A stretch of 64,000 bases of DNA from Catajapyx aquilonaris (taxonomy: Eukaryota), in assembly GCA_000934665.2 (NCBI GenBank), contig KZ538070.1, positions 62,001-126,000 of the forward strand, given 5' to 3'. Within the stretch, counting starts at the first letter, position 1. Each line of letters starts with the position of its first letter. This document shows, one piece after another, positions 14,095 through 28,187 of this stretch. Position numbers and translations under genes: made by a program. The notes beneath the pieces are model-generated. The model was given only the letters and a program-made list of their open reading frames with translations, ran no database searches and was not told the DNA's origin.

Positions 14095-14920
14095 ATGACG
14101 CGATGAATGAGCCAATCACTATGATGGCATGAATGAACCGATCACTATGATGACCGATGAATGAGCCTATCAACTATCACTATGATGAGTGACAGGAGTG
14201 GTAAAAGCAATATGAATGAGCCAATCGCCACTAGGATGGCGATCGGAATGAGCCAATAATCATTCTGGAATGATTACGCGTGTGAATGAGCCAATTACCA
14301 AATGTGATCGCAGCCAATCACCACTAGGATAGCAATCAGGATGAGCCAATAATCATTCAGGTATGGTGACGCGTGTGAATGAGCCAATCGGCACTAAGAT
14401 TATCGGAATGGGCCAATAATTACTCGGGAGTGGGAATGAGCCAATCGAATGTGACGCGGAATGAGCCGGTCACTATGGGGCGATGAATGAGACGGACACT
14501 ATATGATGACCACGTCATGAGCCGATCACTACGAGGCGATGAATGAGACAATCACTATGATGACCGCGTCATGAGTGGGAAAAGTTGTATCAGCCAATGA
14601 ATGAGCCAATAATCATTTATGAATAATGACGAGTGTGAATGAGCCAATCACTACTGAGGTCATCGGAATGGGCCACTAATCATTCAGGAGTGTGAATGAG
14701 CCAATCGCTACTAATATGACGCGGAATGAGCCAATCGGCACTCAGGAGTGATGACGTGTGTGAATGAGCGAATCGCCAGCCGTCATGAGTGAGCCAATCA
14801 TTAACCAGGAGTTGATGACGCGTGTGAATGAGCCAATCAAATCGTGATGACGCGATCGGAATGAGCCAGTAGTCAGCCGTGGAGTGATGACGAGGGTTTA
14901 GGAAACTTGAGCCAATCATC
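14095..14920 (+). repeat. Degenerate minisatellite built on gaatgagccaatc
   Basis: About 17 GCCAAT cores in one orientation plus variants, with irregular spacers. Confidence 0.9.
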
Positions 14921-17033
14921 TTCTGCAGGCGTTCGTAAAGGAGGACTTTCCAAGGGCTTGATGAAGGGATATTCCTTATGGTCGTTTTCCCTCCCCAAAG
15001 TTCGGCAACAGCATCGCCACCTCCTCCGTTCCAAATTGCACTTTAAAATCTGGTCGATGAAGGCCTTTGAAGGGCGTTCCCCGCCTAGTCGTAAATGCTC
15101 GGCAATTCCAGGAAACCGGAAATTTGCCGTAATTTCGCATATTAACACGTTTATGGCAAGTAGTAGAGAGAACAATAACATTGACTTATCGACATGAGAT
15201 GTTATCGAGGGGGAGCCCGCCATTTTTGGTCCGAGAAACCGGCCATTTTTGGGCCGAGTTGGAGTAACTTCAGATCGATCCTAATTCTGAAGTTACTTAG
15301 CGTAAGTTAACAGAGGCTTAGGTCTGGTTTGCTCAGCCAGATTACATTAGCGGAATGTTGAGGGGGGGTGGGTGGTAGAGGGTAGAATAAATGGAAGGAT
15401 GAAGATTCAGGACTGGAAAGGGAGGGGTCTCCAAATTAAACTTCTCAAGAGCCCGACATTTTATTGCGAGGTATTTTTTTGTGTGTTATACCTCCCCCCT
15501 CCCCGTTTCTACACTGGCGCCCTCTTTTCTTTATCTCCGAATGTGAGGAGAATGCAGGCGAGCACGTAGGTTGCGTATAGGATCCGGGATGTTTATGGTG
15601 GTAGCTTGCAGGGCGTTTATGGCGTCCATCTTCAAGGTTGGAGAGTCGGGTGGCTGTTGGGCGAGAGAGAGTCCCGGTTTTCACAATAAACACCCCGGAA
15701 TTGGCTGGATGTTGTAAACTAGTAAAATAGAGCCGGTTTTTTGGGGCAGGGTTGCCAGGAGCCAAGATGGTCGCCTGGTGTCGCGCAGGGTTGTCAGGTT
15801 GAGAGGTGTCCGCCTGTTGCCAGGTTGAGCAAGATGGCTGCCTTTGAAGTCTTAAAAGATTCCAATGATTTTTAAATGGATTTAACCCGCTTTAACCCCA
15901 TATTTTTAATTTAAAAATAAAAGACAAGATACCAAAATACAAGATGGCTGCCTTTTCCATGTGGAAGCAAAATGGCGGCCGTTGTAGTCTTAAATGTTTC
16001 AAATAAACTTTGAAATTGTTTTAAACACAAATTTTTAATTTCATAATAAATGGAAGACAAATTACTAAAATCCAAGATGGCAGCCTCTTTCATGTGGAAG
16101 CAAAATGGCGGCCTATGCAGCATTAATATTTAGACTAATTATTTTTAAGTGCAATTTTAATGTGAATGCCATTAAAATTTTAAGTTTTTGACACATGTGG
16201 GGTAAGATGGCCACCTACATCCGTTGCAGTGTTGCCAGCTGCTTTACATGAGTTGACAGTTGCCAGACTCAGACTGTCATTAATCATTTGCGCTACTCTG
16301 GAAGAGGATTCTGATACCGCACAGACAAGACTTTGTTCGCATCCGTGGGGTGCAAATCTGGCGGGTTGGGAAGGTTCTTCGGGAGGGGGTTGTTTGAGGC
16401 CTGGCAGTCGTGGAAGGGGCGTAATGGAGTGAGAGGGCAGCGGTGCGTGGGTTGCAGGAAATGGCCCGTGACGTCGTGTAGGGAATGCTGTCGAAACCGA
16501 AGAGACAAAAGCAGCACCCCAAAATTTTTCGGGTACACGGTACCTTACTATTGCGGGCCATAAATGGCCTGAAGTGCGAAGAGCCCGTGTTTGTTCAGAG
16601 GATGAGAGGAAAACCCCCTTAGGAGGCGCGAAGACCAAGGAGCCAATTTCCTTCATGGACCTCAAGAGAGGCTCGTGGCTTGGCAAGGGAGGAGGGGACA
16701 ACCGGATATCCGGCATCAATTGGGTACACACCGTCAATTGAATGTGTCCATTGTTTATTTTTTTGGGCACGCCATTTTGAGGGAAATGCAAAGGCTTATC
16801 AGAGGGGGGAAAGGGAAATGGAGGAGTCGCCCAAAGGATTATCGATCAGGACCAAATTGGCCGACTTGCAAGGACTGGAAAACGGGGTGTGAGAAACTTC
16901 CAAATGAACTTTGGAATATGGTTCTAGGATATCCGAGCTAGATCAGATTGCTTGGACTGTATTGACGCCTTGACACACATCGGCTTGTACAGTTGCAATG
17001 CAACACTAACAGGAGCGCCGAACAACACGAAAT

Positions 17034-17150
17034 TGTCAGATAAAAGACATTCTGTTTAAATTTTAAATTACGAACACAAAAATTTCAGTTTCAAACTGAG
17101 ATTTCTGTGTTCGTAATTTAAAATTTAAACAGAGTGTCTTTTATCTGACA
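17034..17150. repeat. 117-bp near-perfect inverted repeat (hairpin/MITE remnant)
   Basis: 58-bp arms, 3 mismatches, 1-nt centre. Confidence 0.92.
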
Positions 17151-20100
17151 GCCTGTAGCTGGCCGCAGCCATATTGGGCCACGTACGATATCCGTTTTAT
17201 TTTTTAAAATGTTCATTAAATGTAAAAGTCTATTTATGGCCATAACTGGCACCATGTGAAGAATCTGTCTGTTTTTCATTTATTTTAAAGCTGATATTGG
17301 ACGCCATCTTGGGCATCTGACAGCCTGTCGCTGGTCGCGGCCATCTTGGGCCTCGTACGACGTCCGTTTATTTATTTTTAATGTGCATTTAGTGTAACAC
17401 TGTTATATTAGTAATCTGCATTTAATAGTTTTAAAACTGAACTTGGGCACCACATTTCGCTTCTTGTCCTATGGGCGCGGCCATCTTGTGCCTCCGACCC
17501 TGCAGACCCGGCCATATTGTGCCTCCTACAACTTTTTCAACAAAAAAAGTTTTTATGTTAAAATTTGACGTTTGTAGCCAAAACTGACAAAACTAGCGAC
17601 TTCCTGATTTTTAACTCAGCGCCATCTTGCGTATACGCTCGCACATTTCCGCTCGCATGCGGAAAGTTCCGAATATCGTGCCCAGTGTGGATAGATCGAT
17701 CTCTTTTTTTTTTCATAGTTTTTTTAGTGGGTTGGACATTGGGGGAGTTTGTTGTGTGGGTCTCCCTCAGCACCCACTGGAGCGCCCTAATCGTCGTCCG
17801 GCCCAAAAGCTCAAAGGGGGGACGGGGGAGAGAGACATGGGGAGATTAGACATTTTGGGGCAGAGGCATTAGTCATCTTGCGTGAAATCCGAATCAAACG
17901 GACTGGATGGCTAATGCGATAATTCGCCTGCTTATTACCTGTTCCCTACAAGCAAAAGAGGGGGGCGAGTTAGATTTTCCGTGCTTGGTAGCAAAAACCC
18001 TTGTTTCATTCCTAGGCTCGGGCCTAATCATAGTCTAGATTATAATTCGAGTGTGTCACGGACCATGTTGGGAGACTATTGACATCACACCACTTCCGGT
18101 GTCTATGAGTGGACATAGCGGAATAGTAGGATCGATAGCACAGGTCTGCTACCTTACTCATTTTCGCGAGGTACTATCGATCCTACTATTCCATATGTAC
18201 AGCCTCTAGGTAGAACCATGGTTTTTTTTTTATTCCGAACTTTTCCAAGCCGGTTGCACAATTTGGCCAGAATTGACATGACGGTGGATATCCCATAGGC
18301 CGGGGGTGTGCATTACCCGCGGAGTTGGGTCGATTATAGAGATGGCTGCGGAGTTGATTTGGCGGGGATGGGCCAGGAGCATAGTTGTTCATAGCGGGCG
18401 CCGACATGTTGAATGGTGGCTCTGGCTTAGCCATAATCTCTCAGCTCCGTGTTTATTAGTAATGCTAAATCCCGCTCGGTTTAGTGATGCCAACTGCAGT
18501 GTTTGATGGTTACTGAATTAGGATTAGGGAAGGGCAACAGCGCTGGAGTAATTAGTTAGGCAGAGGGTGAGTCCAAAATGGGAGTAATAGATCAGGTGCT
18601 GCCAACTGGTGGGTCACTGGTGTCTGAACATGTCATATCTAGCCGAATTTAAAAATTATGTTCAGATTCAGTGTGCTGAGTTCGCTCTAGGTAGTCCAGA
18701 AGTGGTATGTCGCGTGTCATCCGCCGCCATTTTGGGTCCCATGAGGTGCTCGACTTTCAAGAAAGTTTTCCCACTGGCAAGTTTTTTTCCTGTGTGATTG
18801 CATAGGGCGCGGGCTGGGAGGGATCAAGACCACACCTCAATAGCCGGAACGACTTGGAGGGATGGCAGGCTAATGCGGCCTGGAGTTTGTAATCCGCAGA
18901 TTTTCTATAGGCGGCGTAATGTCTCCGTAGGGAAAAGGTGGAGCCGGGTAGAAAATATTACCTGGGAGGTATCGCGTTTTGCGAGAAACGACTAGGGTGG
19001 AGCCTCTCTTTTCTCCTTTTGTGTGCACAGTTGGCACGACAGCTTTTGAAATTAGCAAGTTCCGCCATCATTATCGGTTGAGACCCGGGTTCGATCCTAG
19101 GACGCAATATGCAGTTGCGGCTAGACTAATGAACAGTACCGTAGCGGCTTCTAGATTGCAAGCCCTTTAGGGGGTCCAGCATCCCGGAATTCCAGAGGAT
19201 AAAGCAAATGGCCGTTGGGGGTTCACCAGAAAAGTTTAGTGGAGACACCGGGATTCCGTTGTTAACTCTGCCTTGAAAGGGTACAGAGGGCGTTGCTGGT
19301 CAAATCTATTTTGAGTGGTAATCACTACAGGGATCGCCCAGGAAGTGGACGCAAAATCTGCCGAACACTGCCAACAATGTAGGATGTGCGACGACGGTCA
19401 AATTGTATGGTAGCATATCAGCTATCAGTAGTGTAGAAGTGGGTTAGATCGCAGTGTAGCCACTTGCTTTTAATAATGGTGCGTTATTGTTTACAGGTTG
19501 GTTACAGGGTGCTCCGGATTTTGAGTCAGTGCGTACCGGTTCGTGCCACTAAGGTGGGTCAACGAACTGCTCGTAGGCGCGATTTGCCTTGTAGTGTCGT
19601 GCACGCTAAAACTGGGAGTCTGATGGATGGATAGGTGTCAGTAATATCGTGCCGAATGTATTTTCATGAAAAAGAGAACTTGAGGACACAAGTCTCCCAT
19701 GAAACATGTATGTGCATCATCAGATACAAGGTCCGATTCGCATCAAAACATGCATCCAGGTGGCCCATGAGGCATTTGCGCTAGTGTACAACCTGGTAAA
19801 TAGTTCGGGAACACGTGATGGGTCGCTAAGAATATTGTGAAGGGGGCACTGTGAGGCTCGCCATGATATGGTGAGGGGGGCAGTGTGGGGCTACCACAGA
19901 ATATTTTTTTTTGCGTCTTTTGGTTGGCACCCCTGTGATGAGTCGACCTTATTGGTCGTTCACCTGTTGTGCACACCTAGCTTTTTCACTCTGAACCCGT
20001 CCCCATGCTAGTTAGTGTGCGTCCTAATCGATACCCGGCGCGGTTTGCCATTACCAGAGTGATTGCATGTTAACCAAATATTTATCAAAACTTTGTTGTG

Positions 20101-20959
20101 AGTTTGCATGCCGGCCTCAGGCTTCAATAGGGGGCGCCGCTCTTTGGTCACTCACTTGAGGGCTAACATAACCACCCCCGCATGGTATTAATCGCCTCAA
20201 AAAAAAATACGGCTGGGCAGCCATTTTGGGGCTAATCTTAGCTCCATTTTTGGGCCTAATCTGAACGCCATTTTTGAGCCTAATCTACGTTCCATTTTTG
20301 CATAATTGAAATTGGGAGGGTTGACAGACTGGTGGTTGGTGGAATGTGGCCTAACTGATAAAGTCGTGACGCTCCGGGACTGGGTTTCGTATTTATTACA
20401 AAGATTAACTGGATGCTCGGCAAGCCGTGACGTTTTTTGTGCGTTTTTTTTTTTTTTTTTTGCAAACCCTATTGCATTAGAGGTTACGAAACAAAACCTC
20501 GAAGATGTATGGCAGGAACATGATTATATTTCCTCTAATCGAGATAGGAACTTTAATTGTATCATTGGGAGGTTTAGCCGTGAAGAATCGGTTTGTAAGT
20601 AATGTAGGTGGCCATCTTGCACCGCCATCTTGAATCCAGCGACTTTATTTTTAAAGAAATGTGGGGGCGGTTATGCCTTCAGGTGACAATTCCAGATCGC
20701 TTCTGGAATGTCCCACAGGGCGGGTGCTGGTGACGGATTGTCTTAATGCGTGGGCCGTGGCTCCCAGACGCCTAATGGCTTCTGGTGCGTCCTTGTCATT
20801 AGAGTTCATCAGCTGAAGATTGGACTGATTAGTGCTAATGGACAAGTTTGAACTTGTGGGGGAAGAGCTGGGTCGAGAGGAAGGAACCGAGAGAAAGAAA
20901 GCAGTTCTGATTGCTAGGCCAGGTAGGTGGCAGGTAGCTGCAAGTGCTCCATTTGGAGT

Positions 20960-21140
20960 GTGAGAGTGGGCCACAACATTACTGGAGAGTGGGCCACAAT
21001 ATTACTGGAGAGTGGGCCACAGTGCTGGAAGTGAGCTAGTAAGCGTGCCATGTGTAGTGAGCCACTCTGAAAGCAGTGAGCCACTATGTAGCGCCCTCTG
21101 TAGCAGTGAGCCACTCAGCGCCATCTAGTGGTGAGCCAAC
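20960..21140. repeat. Short tandem repeats (gagagtgggccaca / agtgagccact) just upstream of the first coding exon
   Basis: 23-bp units x3, then degenerate agtgagccac units. Confidence 0.8.
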
Positions 21141-21196
21141 TAACCTCATGTTTTTTTCCGTTTCAGAACGCTGGTGACGTCACGTGGCAGCCCGAC

Positions 21197-21272
21197 ATGG
21201 TTTCACACAAGTGCAGGGTGTTCTTGCTTACGACGTTGGTCGTATGTAGTGCAGCCCTCTCCAAAGGATTAG
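21197..21272 (+). CDS. Cirl: First coding exon, signal peptide MVSHKCRVFLLTTLVVCSAALSKGL
   Basis: Acceptor tttttttccgtttcag ends 21166; gacATGG at 21197; basic n-region then hydrophobic core; donor ag|gtgagt at 21273. Phase 1 matches the RBL exon (G+AG=Glu). Confidence 0.75.
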
Positions 21273-22269
21273 GTGAGTACCGTCCACGTCACATGTTTCT
21301 GACAGCCACGGACTGACAGCACGACATTGTTAGGGAGTGAGTGACATGAGGTATCGAGTATGGGGGCTTCAAAGAGGACGAGAAGTTCTTGAATAATTCA
21401 CGTAGGGGACCCGACCTTTTCGAAGGTCGTTTCTCCCAGTGTTTAGGATCAGATTAAAAATGAACCGAAAAGTATAGCGCTCCATTGTTTGCCAACCGCA
21501 CGTTCAGGAGAAGTGCAGCACCGACACCACTGTTATTACAGGTCCGCGTGACAATTTGATTACAGCCAAGAATGGCGTAATCTGAAAGACTTGTGGGTGC
21601 GTGTGAGTAGCATTTTTTTTCATGGCCCTGCATGTATTATTGAAGCAGGAAAAAAAAAAATAGCTGGCAAGTGGGACAATTTCGGGGGCCTGTAGGGAAG
21701 CCATATTTGCCAGAGGGGCGGGCGAGAGGCGCAACTCAAACACAAGTGTTCCGGTGGGTTGATTCGCAATACAAGACTGTACCTTCCGGGGGAATTTTTC
21801 AGGGTTGAAAAAGTTGTTTGGTGAGGAAAAACAAACGGCCTGGTTTCTAGTCTGAGAGTAAAAAAAACAACAATGCACTTGAGAGTTTACAAGTACGTGT
21901 TTCTGCGCTAAAACAAGCCCCATTGGTTCTGAAATCGATCTGGCCAATGTTTTTTTTTTTAAAGTTCGCATTGTTTTGCCAGGAGATGGAGACAATGCAA
22001 TTTTCTTGGGGAGGCTGTAACCGTTCTTAATGGCCAAGTCATCAACGTGACGCAATATGGCACGTTTAGCTAGTCATCCACGGAAAAGGGTGTGAAATTC
22101 TGTTTTCTTTTCCGATTTCCAAACGGACCTGCGAGGTTGACTGAACTGCATGTGAGAGTAAATAAAAATTGCCATATGTATAAGGATGTTTAAAAAATGT
22201 GACAGAAACGTAAACTGTTCAGAAACGCATGAACCCATTGGGAAATTATTATGCTATTTAATAATTAGG

Positions 22270-22930
22270 AAGCCGTTTAAAACGTATAAACTAGTTTAGA
22301 AATGTGTAAGGCCGTTTACATATTATTGTCTTTTAACGGCTAAAACGCGTTTAGACCAAGGTTTAGACACGAATAAACACGTGTAGACACGTATAAACAC
22401 GCTTAGACACGTATAAACACGTTTAGAAATTATTAAGCTGTTTGAAAACGTCTAAACGTGTTTAGAAACGTATAAATCCGTTTAGAAATTATTCATGATC
22501 ATCTTCTTCACGGCGTTTCCCAAACAGATATGGGGTTGGTCATACGAGGATATTGAGGACCTCCTCCTCAATATCCGCTAGCAACCTGGGAAATCTGTTT
22601 GGGAAACGCCGTTAAGATGAATTAAGAAATTATGAAGTCGTTTAATAATAATATTAAGCCTTTTAAAAACGTCTGAACGCGCGTTTAGGAACGTATAAAG
22701 CAATTTAGAAACTTGCAGACCCGTTTAGAAACGTCTAAACGCGTTTAGGAACATTTAAAACCGTTCAAAAATTATTAAGTCGTTTAATAATAATATTAAG
22801 CCGTTTAAAAACGCCTGAACGCGTTTAGGAACGTATAAAGCCGTTTAGAAATTATGAAGCAGTTTGAAAACGTCTAAGCGCGATTATAAACGTATAACAC
22901 CGTTTAGAAACGTATAACCCGTTTAAAAAC
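22270..22930. repeat. About 20-bp minisatellite (ccgtttagaaacgtataaa) interrupted by a hairpin element
   Basis: Repeated units on both sides of 22500-22620. Confidence 0.88.
22510..22612. mobile_element. Small MITE-like hairpin element
   Basis: Perfect 20-bp TIR acggcgtttcccaaacagat / atctgtttgggaaacgccgt and inner 12-bp IR ggatattgagga / tcctcaatatcc. Confidence 0.65.
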
Positions 22931-25222
22931 GCATTAAAAATGTATAAAATATTTGAGGTCACAATCAGTTTCGAGTGTAGGGCTGTAAGAAAGCGGTTTC
23001 TTTCATCTAGGTGCGATTACCTGCACTTGTTGAGGCGAAATCCCTCTCCTGATGGATTTAATCACCCGGACAATAACCACCTGCGATGCTTGGTGAAGTG
23101 CAAAAACAAAAGGTGGGGTGTTGTTTAGAGGGGGTGGATTGGCGAGCATCACTGTAGGTGGGTCACAGAGAGATGAAGGAAGGTGCTTGTGCCGCGGCTG
23201 GGAGCCTAGGGAAGACCCCCCCTTAATTGCACACCTCGTTATTGAGCGACTATGGCCTCGGATAGCTAGCTCTCTCTTCCTGCAATCATCTATTTTTTTG
23301 TTCCTAGCGCAGTCGACTAATCTGAAGGATAAGGCTCTGGGGTATGCCGCCATTATTCCTGTGTGCTATAAGGGAACAATGGCAACATAGGAAAATAATG
23401 GCCATAATTTTTTGAAATTTAAAAAAATTTCAACATTTCGTTTAAAGAGTGGTTCTAAATTTGAAATCGGTAGCGTGCTTGGTAGGTAACGTGGGGGTAC
23501 TTCTGGCAATAATCAGCCAGATAAGGCTGTGGACACGTGACAGCGTTGACAGGAGGTTTTAGCCATACTGGTATCAATATTGGTTTCGGATGCCCCTATA
23601 GTCGATACTGATCTGATTGGGGTTTTACAGTCTTCTAGTACCGGCCATTAACTATTGATGTCCCCCGAATTTAATATGGCGATGGACACCGGCCAGTCAA
23701 TTAATGGGTAATGATGGGTGCATGTCCTCTAATAATAAATATAAATGGGAGGAATTAAATTAAATGACCGATGCAACTCAGGCCATACTGTTGGCATTGT
23801 TGGGGGACATAGTCCATCCTCGAGGTCTAAAAAAAGGGGGTCGGAAGGTTGCGGGAAGGGCTAGTCAATAATGCATGCGTAGCGTGGCGGTGCGACAGGT
23901 GAGGTGCATGTAATGCGAATGCGGTGAATGAATTTTCAGGTGTAATTTTAGCAACGGTCGTGACCACCATAGCCGGTGTTACTGTAGGGTGTCTGTCCGA
24001 AGATTGTTCATATGAGGGGCTTCCCTTGTTACATATTTTACATCAGGTTAATTAGGGATGAAGGTATAACTGGACAGTGGCCGGTGGGATAAGACTAATC
24101 CGGTCAGTTGAGCTCATGATAAATATTATAACTGGAAATATTATTTTACACTAAGAAGTGTGCAAAATAATATTTCCAGGTAAAATTTTTATTAATGAGT
24201 TAAATAATTCGTGCGCCACCAGGGGCGCTGTGAACGCATGGTGGCGGCCATTTTAGGATCGGCCATGTTGTTAGCGGGGCTGTCTCTCCATCCGAGGCCC
24301 CCGTTGGTGGTACTCGAGTGAGAAGAAGGAACCCTCCTGGGAAGCGAATTACCACTCGGGCGTCACGCCAGATGAAGCCTCCAAACGCATAGAATAAGTT
24401 GGGCTGGGTCATTCTCGTCACTGACCTGCACCGATTCGCCAATAACTGTCTTAATTGGCTGTTTTTTTCTCTCGATTGGGTTAAATGGAGTCAGGGCACA
24501 TTCCGGATTGTTTACCACGGTTCATGGCCATGTTGCTCATTATTATATATAAAAATTAGTACGATCTGGCAACATACGCACGATGTGGCAACAGGGATCT
24601 AAGGTGGCCGGAGCAGGGTCATTAATGCCCACCTGGAATGGTCCATTTCACACCTGAGGGTAAGGGAGGCGGGCAGGTGAGGTGGAGTGGGCTGGGGAAG
24701 AGAGGGGGGGTCAATGGGGTCAGCGGCTTGGGAGGAGGATCACGTTGCTTTTGAGCCTTGGGAGGCGGCTTTTGGTCTGGGAGAGAACCAGATGCTGAGG
24801 AAACAAGCTGGCTACATTCATCTCCCCAGTTGCCGGCTTGTTTGCGCAGTACAAATTTTCGATCTGTTTTGCTCCGTACCCACCAGCACCACCGGTATGT
24901 CTGTCGTCATGGGTTTTGGAAGAAAATGGAAAAGGTTTAGGTCCGGTTGGTGACGGAAAAGAAAGGGCAAGGCGCGACATATTGACCGTCAGTTGGGGAG
25001 TCAAAGTCCGGCCCGATTTGCATAATCCCGGACGTTTGAGCCAAGTTGTTACACGGGGCATTTGGTGAGGGGGGGGGGGGGAGGACGGTCCAGGAGCTTA
25101 AGCCCTGTGTGTGCTGTAATGTAAGCCGATAATGGATGTTGCTTACCCAGAAGAGGCGACTGTTATGGATGATTCGGTGTGTGTTGGGTGACACCGGACT
25201 CGAGAAAAGGATCATAAGATGG

Positions 25223-25701
25223 GAAAAAAGCTGTATCTGCAATATCGATATTTTTCCGTGTGGCAATATCGATATTTTTATATGGAAATGATATCGATTA
25301 TTTTTCCATACCGTACATCAATATCGATATTTTAGAGAATGTCGATATTGATGTGTGGAGAAAGGATCTATATTGTCACGCAGAAAAATATGGAAGTTTT
25401 TCATATGGAAATATCGCTACGTTTCACGTGGTAATATCGATACGTTTCATATGGTCATATCGATATTGCTGTATGGAGAAAGTATCGATATTGTCACATA
25501 GCAAAAACCGATATTGCCACAGAAAAATCGCAAATTTTCCATATGGGCATATCGATACTTTAAAATCCATATAGCAATATCGATATTTCTGTATGGAGAA
25601 AATAGTCATATTGTCACACGGAAAAATATCGAAATTTTTCAATATGCTAGTATCGATATTTTCTTCATAAGCATATCGATATTGCAGATACGGCTTTTTT
25701 C
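25223..25701. mobile_element. About 480-bp MITE with roughly 29-bp TIRs and internal atatcgat repeats
   Basis: gaaaaaagctgtatctgcaatatcgatat on the left matches the reverse complement of atatcgatattgcagatacggcttttttc on the right (1 mismatch). Confidence 0.8.
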
Positions 25702-28187
25702 AGTCTAATACGGGGCATTGCCGGGGAACTTTTCAAGATTAAATGGACCTATTAGTAGGCTCCAGCCCTAAGGGCGAAAGGACTCGTTACCGATGCAATG
25801 TTGCGGCGAAACTGCGATACCGCGATATAGTCGCGATCTGGTTTATCCCCATTGGAGCGGTATTTTTTTTTTTCTTTCTGGGGGGTTCCGCGGGTTGGCC
25901 CAATGTTTATGCTGAAAGTTAATTAATTATGCCCGCAGCTGATGTTATATGCAAAACCCAGGCGCGTTTTCATTAAAATGCACGCGCGTCTTTGGGGCCG
26001 GATTTCCTGTTTTCATGTTTCGGTTCGACTGTAGGGTATGCACATTGTTAGCATGTAACCGACTGGATTACATTTAGGAACAATTGAGCAGTCTGATGGG
26101 AAATCGGGTGGAATTATGGACACAGTGGGTTAGTACCGGATTAGCCGGGAGAGGGCGCCACTTGCTTGAGAGGCGCTTATTTTGTTTGGAACGCCCGTTT
26201 GGAGGCTACATCAGCCTCCTTGGTGGTCCTAGCACTTTGAAGCGGTGAAAGCCAGGTTTGTTGATGCTTGTAATTACTGGCAGGCCGTCCTAATGAGCGT
26301 CCATTTATAAAAGTGGGAGTAGCAGTTTTCTGCGGCCGCTATTTCCGGGCGTTGGAACCGGGCCTAGGCAAACAAGCAGAGCGGAGACAAAATGTACACC
26401 ACGGCCGGAAGGCTAAATAGTGCCAAACCCCCCACGATGATGGGTGCAAAAGAGGATGCTTGGCTCGGTCCGGAATGCAGATAGAGCTGATTTGAACGCC
26501 TGTAGACGAGAGCCTGAAAATTTTTCTGGACCAAAAATGGCGGGTGACAAAAAGCTCCCTTGAGGTGTGTATCTGGAAAGGCCCTACATGTGTTTGGTAT
26601 CTCAGGATTGGACCCCATAGAAATCCTACCATTTATCTTGGGTCCTGCCGAAAAGAATGGTGTCGCTGCAAATCCCAGGCCTGGAGGACCGTGACCTGAC
26701 CCAAAATGGGCCATGAAAAGATATATATTTTGGGGAGGGACGGGACCCCCATAGTATCGCGTAACGTGCTCCATTTTCCGTTTTAGTATTGATCATCAAT
26801 CTCTCGGACCGGTTGCAAATTCTGAAGATAGGAAATTGAAGGGCGGGNGGGGGAAAGGGGGGGGGGAGGAGGAGGAAGAACGTGAAGGTTATTTTCCTAG
26901 GGAGCACAAACTAGCTAGTTTTTTTAAAAAACTATCGCAAGAATGTAAGGCAGCCAGAGTGGATCTTGGCAGTGACAAACGTGGAATTCGGGTTACCAGA
27001 ATTGTTTATGTAGTAAAATTAAGGAGACGGTCGCTTTAGTTGTAGTTTACCGGATAGTTGGAGAATTTCGGTCCTAATCGCGGCCATTTTGTATCCAACT
27101 CTCCAATTTTTTGCGAATTTCGGCTAATATTTTTTCCATATTTGGTCGTAAAATTAGGGGCCATTTTGTATCCAGCTCATTTTTGTTTTCTGGATCAGCA
27201 CTTTATGACACGCGCACTTGAGTCGTTGACTCGTTGAGTCGTACCTAATTTAAAAACCTTTCCACTCGAGGCGATGACATTTCATCTCCAAAACGCCCCC
27301 CATAAAGTGTCAACAGGTGACCCGGCAACATGCGGACGGATTTGTTGTGGTCCGGTCGGGCAACCCTGCAAAAGCCCGGCTCAAAATGGCGTCGGGCGCA
27401 TTCCATTCCGAAAAGCCAAGGCAACCAACCAAGCCAAACTTCTCTTTCTTTTCCCCTCCTGGAGCTGCATGACATGTGTTCCGAGGGAACGTAGGCGATT
27501 AGATGATAGTCCCGATCAAGTTGATATACGGAACCAGCGGGCCTGTTTAGAGATGCGTTTTTTTTACGTCCTAGCAATGTTGCCAGATTTTGTTGGGGTG
27601 AATCAATCAGCTAGGAGTTATGTGGTGGCGCTAATGACCTGGGTCGTAAAACTAATCCTGTCATCTTCTAGTGGGTGGTGTGGGGGTCGTTACTGACCTG
27701 GTGGGTCATGCATCAATGTTTTTTTTTGACCCACGCCCTACGTAAATGAGCATTCGAAGACCCATTTTGTGCGAAATGAGCTTCCCCCCATTTCTTGGAT
27801 CATACTATGGCAACCCTGAGATTGGGAGTCTGGCCTGACCAGTTTTTCGGGGTTCCGGGCAGCAGCTGCCTAGGGCCGTGACGCGACTCGGACGTAACGC
27901 AGGGGTGTGAACCGGGCCCTAAATTAGAGAAGTTTTTTTTTTCGGTTTTTCGAAGAGACCCTTTGGGGGGAGTATTAAAAAGGTGGACCTCCAGACCCCC
28001 GATGTCTCTATTGCAAGGCCATCCGCACGAATGCGCCCGAAGTGTCGCACCCGCCCTATTGTCCCTGGCATGTGAGACAGCTGTCATTGGGAGCCCGTTA
28101 AGGTTAATTTCGAGGGAGGATGCCAGATGAATGAGCTCATTAAGGACTCATTTGCATAGGACACTGGCGAGCCCTTTTATGCGAAAG

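Noticed and set aside
14095..14920. CRISPR-like repeat-spacer array
   Set aside because: Eukaryotic context; cores are short and variable, spacers are related to one another and irregular; no cas genes.
18820..19150. Second degenerate SINE (B-box-like gggttcgatcc near 19087)
   Set aside because: No clear A box, TSD or orientation.
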